Under the pieces are notes generated by a model, which ran no database searches, was not told the DNA's origin, and saw nothing but the letters and a program-made list of their open reading frames with translations. Below, one piece after another: positions 60,110 through 64,000 of a stretch of 64,000 nucleotides of DNA (position 1 is its first letter; each line of letters opens with the position of its first letter). The stretch comes from Macrostomum lignano (taxonomy: Eukaryota): assembly GCA_002269645.1 (NCBI GenBank), contig NIVC01000723.1:186001-250000 (forward strand). The letters are read 5' to 3'. Both the position numbers and the translations under genes were made by a program.

Positions 60110-60374
60110 TTTAGGAAGGCATGGCAAATTCGAACTACAAGAGTACTGGCTCATCCATTCCGTTATCAAATTTTTAGCTCAGTTTTAACCAATTCAAATT
60201 AACTGCTTACTGTCTAACACACGAATTATCGAAGGCAAGCAAAATTATTTGAACCAGATATACGCTGAAGCTGTTATGTACTAAATAGAAACTCTTCGGA
60301 GAATCAAAGCGATTGTCAATGGCCCAATGAGCCGGTTGGACTTTTGCGTTTACTTAGTAGTTGCATTTGCTACG

Positions 60375-60450
<76 letters not shown>

Positions 60451-60507
60451 CACACACAGACAGACAGACAGACAGACAGACACACAGACAGACAGACAGA
60501 CACACAC

Positions 60508-60538
<31 letters not shown>

Positions 60539-60590
60539 CACAGACAGACAGACAGGCAGGCAGGCAGGCAGACAGGCAGGCAGGCAGACG
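60375..60590. repeat. (GACA)n microsatellite
   Basis: Direct reading. Confidence 0.97.
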
Positions 60591-61226
60591 AACAGATTCT
60601 AAAGAAACTGGAAGCCGAAACAAGTGCAGGAATACGCTTGTAATTATTGCTACTAACCTGTCACCCAATGCTGCTGCTGCATTTGTCAATGTATATTTAA
60701 TCATAAAGAATAGACGAGCAAACCAAAAAGCGCATGGTGATTAAATTTGTACGAGTCTAGTGAAAATTTGCACTAAGATATAAGCAATGGCTAAACAGCA
60801 TTGTATAGACAGGCCAAGCAGCTGTGGCTGCAGGCTTTAAAAAGAAACTTTAAATTTCAGAGATAAAACGCGTTCAAAAGAACTCCAGCAGCTTCAGCCG
60901 TTGCAACGCGGCGTTGCGCAAAAAAGTCAATGGAGCAGTTTTAGAAAGAGTTTTATTTATTAAGAACTAAGAGAAGGGTTAAATTGTGCATATATCGTAT
61001 TGTTAGGATCAACTCAGGAGGTACCGACGTTGGCTGCACGAAAAACACCTCTAGATGACTGGAGCAAAGTCCATGTGGTCCCGAATCCCATCGTACGAAT
61101 CCCTATCAACAGTGGATTCAATATAAGATGTATAAAAAGCAGCAAAAATATTGAAGTATAACTGCAATAACAAGTGCGTTTGTCTACGTTTGCAGCAATT
61201 CAGTTCGGTTCAGTAAAGCAGCTTCA

Positions 61227-64000
61227 CTATTCGACATTTCTGGCAAAGTGGAACCAGCAATTCGAGCCGTCGTAGGCGCCGAGCTCTTGAGTGACCTTGG
61301 CCAGCCTCTCGTGCTCCTTCTCAAGCCAGTCGATCTCCTGCATGACGCTATCCTGCTCCAGCTGGTAGCGGCTCACCAGTTCCGAGACCTGGCGGAGCTG
61401 CTCACTCTCCGTGACGCCGCCGCCGCCGCTGCCACTGCCGCCACCGCTCGTGGCGTTGCGCAAAAGCGCCTCAATGCTGGAGTTCAGGGCGTCCGCTTGT
61501 GCGTCAAAGTCGCCATTTTCTGTCGTGGCATCATTGGTTTGGGATTTAATGTTAGGGATTCAAGTTTGGAGAATTCAACCGGAAAATAAACAAGAGAATG
61601 AGACCTGCGGGTCAAAGTTTTAGTCATCCTAGCAACACGCAAAAGACATTAACTAACAGAACGCTCATAATTGATTCTCATAATTGGCCAGATGTGCAAC
61701 CGACAGCTCAGCCGCAGCTATTGCGCGGCGCATCTGAAGGCTGCGTACGGCTGTTCAGTCCAAGGACTGAGGGGTCGCCACACACACCCTCAATTACCCC
61801 AGCTAATGCTGGCACCCATTTTACAGCTGGGTGAACTGAAGCAATGCAGAGTTAAGTGTCTTGCTCAAGGACACAAATTATTCCGAGTGGGTTAAGAATC
61901 GACCTTTCATTCGTGAGTCAAACGCTCGAACCACTAGGCAAAGCCCAGAATGCACCACCAGAAAAAACCTTCCCGATAAGATACCAATGGAAAATCTTGT
62001 AATATAACAGTAGAAGTTCGACAGCAATAGGACACTCACTGGAAATGTTCACCAATGCTTCGATGTCTTTAGCCAGATCGGCGGCACTCCTCTGTAGTAA
62101 GCTGGCATTGACTTTCGCTTCGCTAGACAGTTTTGACAGTTGGCCCAGCTTCAAGTCCGTCTCAGCCTGCCTGTCGAGAATCTGACCCAGCCTGGTCTCC
62201 ATGTTGTCTAGGGAGTCGGCCACCGACCTCACTTGCTGATAGGCCGACATCGCATCCGACAAGTTGGCATTCGAATCTCTTAGCAGGCTCTCCGAGCGCT
62301 AAATTTTTTTAACCATAGTAAGGTTAACAATGTTAGTAATAATTTCGGTGAAAACCATTGGTGACATCGTCCCACAAACAGCGCTGATGCAATTCTTCCC
62401 ATTTCGCTGACTCATATTACATGTAAGTTACAGAGTGAAATACTAAATACTACTCTGCACATTTGCAATAGAAAATTACTGATCCCAACAAGGAATTAAT
62501 TCGTTTGTTACGGTTGAATGATCCAATTATGACGGCCTACAGACACAGATGTGATCTATCGCAGACACGGATGTAACTGATCACAGACACGGATGTGATG
62601 GATCACAGACACGGATGTAACTGATCACAGAAACGGATGTAACTGATCACAGACACGGATGTAACTGATCACAGACACGTATGTGACGGATCACAGACAC
62701 GGATGTAACTGATCACAGACACGGATGTAACTGATCACAGACACGGATGTAACTGATCACAGACACGGATGTGATGGATCACAGACACGAATTTGACAGG
62801 CAATTGACCCTAGTGTATCATAAAGCATCTCAACTAGAATTGGCAAGCAATTTGGAACTCAAACCTTTACTTACATTATACAGAGAAGACGCCAGCTGCT
62901 TCGTGTCGTTAGCTTGGCCAGCAGCCTCTGTCGCGGCCGCGAAGTGATCGTCGTGCAGTCGCTGAGCTTCCTGCAGAGTCGAGTTTGCCGACATGGTAAC
63001 GTTTCTAACTTTGGCCAGCTCCTCAATTTTCAACAGAGCGTCAGTTCGGCTTGCTTCGATGCTGTCCTTGTAGTTATTCAGCTTTTTTAGCAGCTCGTGT
63101 GCGCTGGCATTGTAGCTCAGAGAGCGGTTGAGCAGCTCCTGAAATTTTTCGCGATTGATTGCACAATTTAGAATCTTGATTTTTTTTAGACAACAGTCTG
63201 CCTTCAATTGAAAGAAATTATTGTTACCAGAGTTAGTAAGTAATGCTTCATTTTGAGTAGGCAGTGATAAAGGGGAAATTAGATGATTTGATAATGAGAC
63301 AGGAAGAAACGGTCCTCGAACCTGAACTTCCGCCTTCTGTCGCAGCAGGTCCCTATAGAATTGATTCGTCCTGGCCTGAGTGTCGTTCTGGGTTCTAAAA
63401 TCTGTCTCGGCCCCGTTCACTACTCGGGTGAGATTGGCCTGGGCGCCTCGGATGCGGTCGGAAACGTCGGCGTGTTTGCGTTTCACCTGCTCGTTGAGCT
63501 TGGACAGATCGTCGAGAGAATTGTTGAGCTTCTTCAGCTGGGTGGAGTCGGGCTGGGGCAGCTGGCTCAGCAGCTGGTGGTACCTGCGAGATTTCATGGT
63601 TTTACGCTATTTTACACAGATGCTCAGTTTGTCAGAACCGACAGAGCGGTAACGCGTGGGGGCTAAACCTCATGAGTGTCAATCGCGAAGCCACCGGTAA
63701 TACGAGCGTATGATTTTCGTGTCAAATAATACATCGCCCTAAGGACGGAAAAGCCATACCTGGCCGTAAAGTTTGTCGCTCTTTCTCTTGCCGCCTCCAC
63801 GGCAGCCTCCGCCCGGTTGGCCAATTCTAGCAGCGCGTCAGCCTCTCGGCCAGCCTGGCCAAGCCGCTGCTCAGCCGCGGCCACCTGTTCGGGAGCGTCG
63901 GCCAGCTCTCTCATGAGAGTCCGCGACTCTTCAAGTCGTTGGGTAGCTAATCGGCGAAGCTCGTCCGCTTGGCGTTCCAGCTCGTTTGATGCGGAGTCAA
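61227..64000 (-). CDS. Laminin gamma-chain C-terminal coiled coil (3' exons; gene continues beyond the window)
   Basis: Exons >64000-63760, 63583-63322, 63138-62875, 62298-62040 and 61519-61227 (phases 2, 0, 0, 1). Long heptad helix with many N-glycosylation sequons, ending EIDWLEKEH..NCWFHFARNVE*, like the gamma-chain C..(I/L/V)E terminus. Confidence 0.75.
61670..61950 (-). mobile_element. tRNA-derived SINE, copy 3 (in laminin last intron)
   Basis: Reverse complement of the 11034-11310 element; tail and core intact. Confidence 0.85.
62555..62790. repeat. 22-bp minisatellite (cacagacacggatgtaactgat) in laminin intron
   Basis: Direct reading. Confidence 0.93.

Overview
Eukaryotic (metazoan) genomic DNA, gene-dense, with GT-AG introns. 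The gene style and repeat load suggest an invertebrate such as a flatworm (e.g. Macrostomum-like), but this is inference and was not verified. I reconstructed 14 recognisable protein-coding loci by hand-splicing with phase checks. They are: two peptide-receptor-like class A GPCRs, an SLC22-type MFS transporter, a secreted C-type-lectin/PAN protein, an LKAAEAR1-like protein, a caveolin with two alternative first exons, PIG-V, a calmodulin/light-chain-like EF-hand protein, a GAS1/GFRalpha-like GPI protein, an Arf-like GTPase lacking the catalytic Gln, a SUMO-like-domain acidic protein, a signal-peptide JmjC + EF-hand + KDEL protein, the 3' end of a laminin gamma chain, and a weak partial exon at the left edge. 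Many introns and intergenic gaps hold their own mini- or microsatellite, and these explain most long ORFs in the six-frame track. Mobile DNA comprises three copies of a tRNA-derived SINE, a 627-bp TIR element with an 8-bp TSD, an AT-rich foldback family, and a LOA/R1-like LINE 5' half fused to an internally deleted Ty3/Gypsy fragment. No CRISPR, rRNA or true tRNA gene was found. Most notable are the predicted ER-luminal JmjC dioxygenase with EF-hand and KDEL, the Q-to-R Arf, and the caveolin with duplicated first exons. Family calls come from motif recognition, not database searches.
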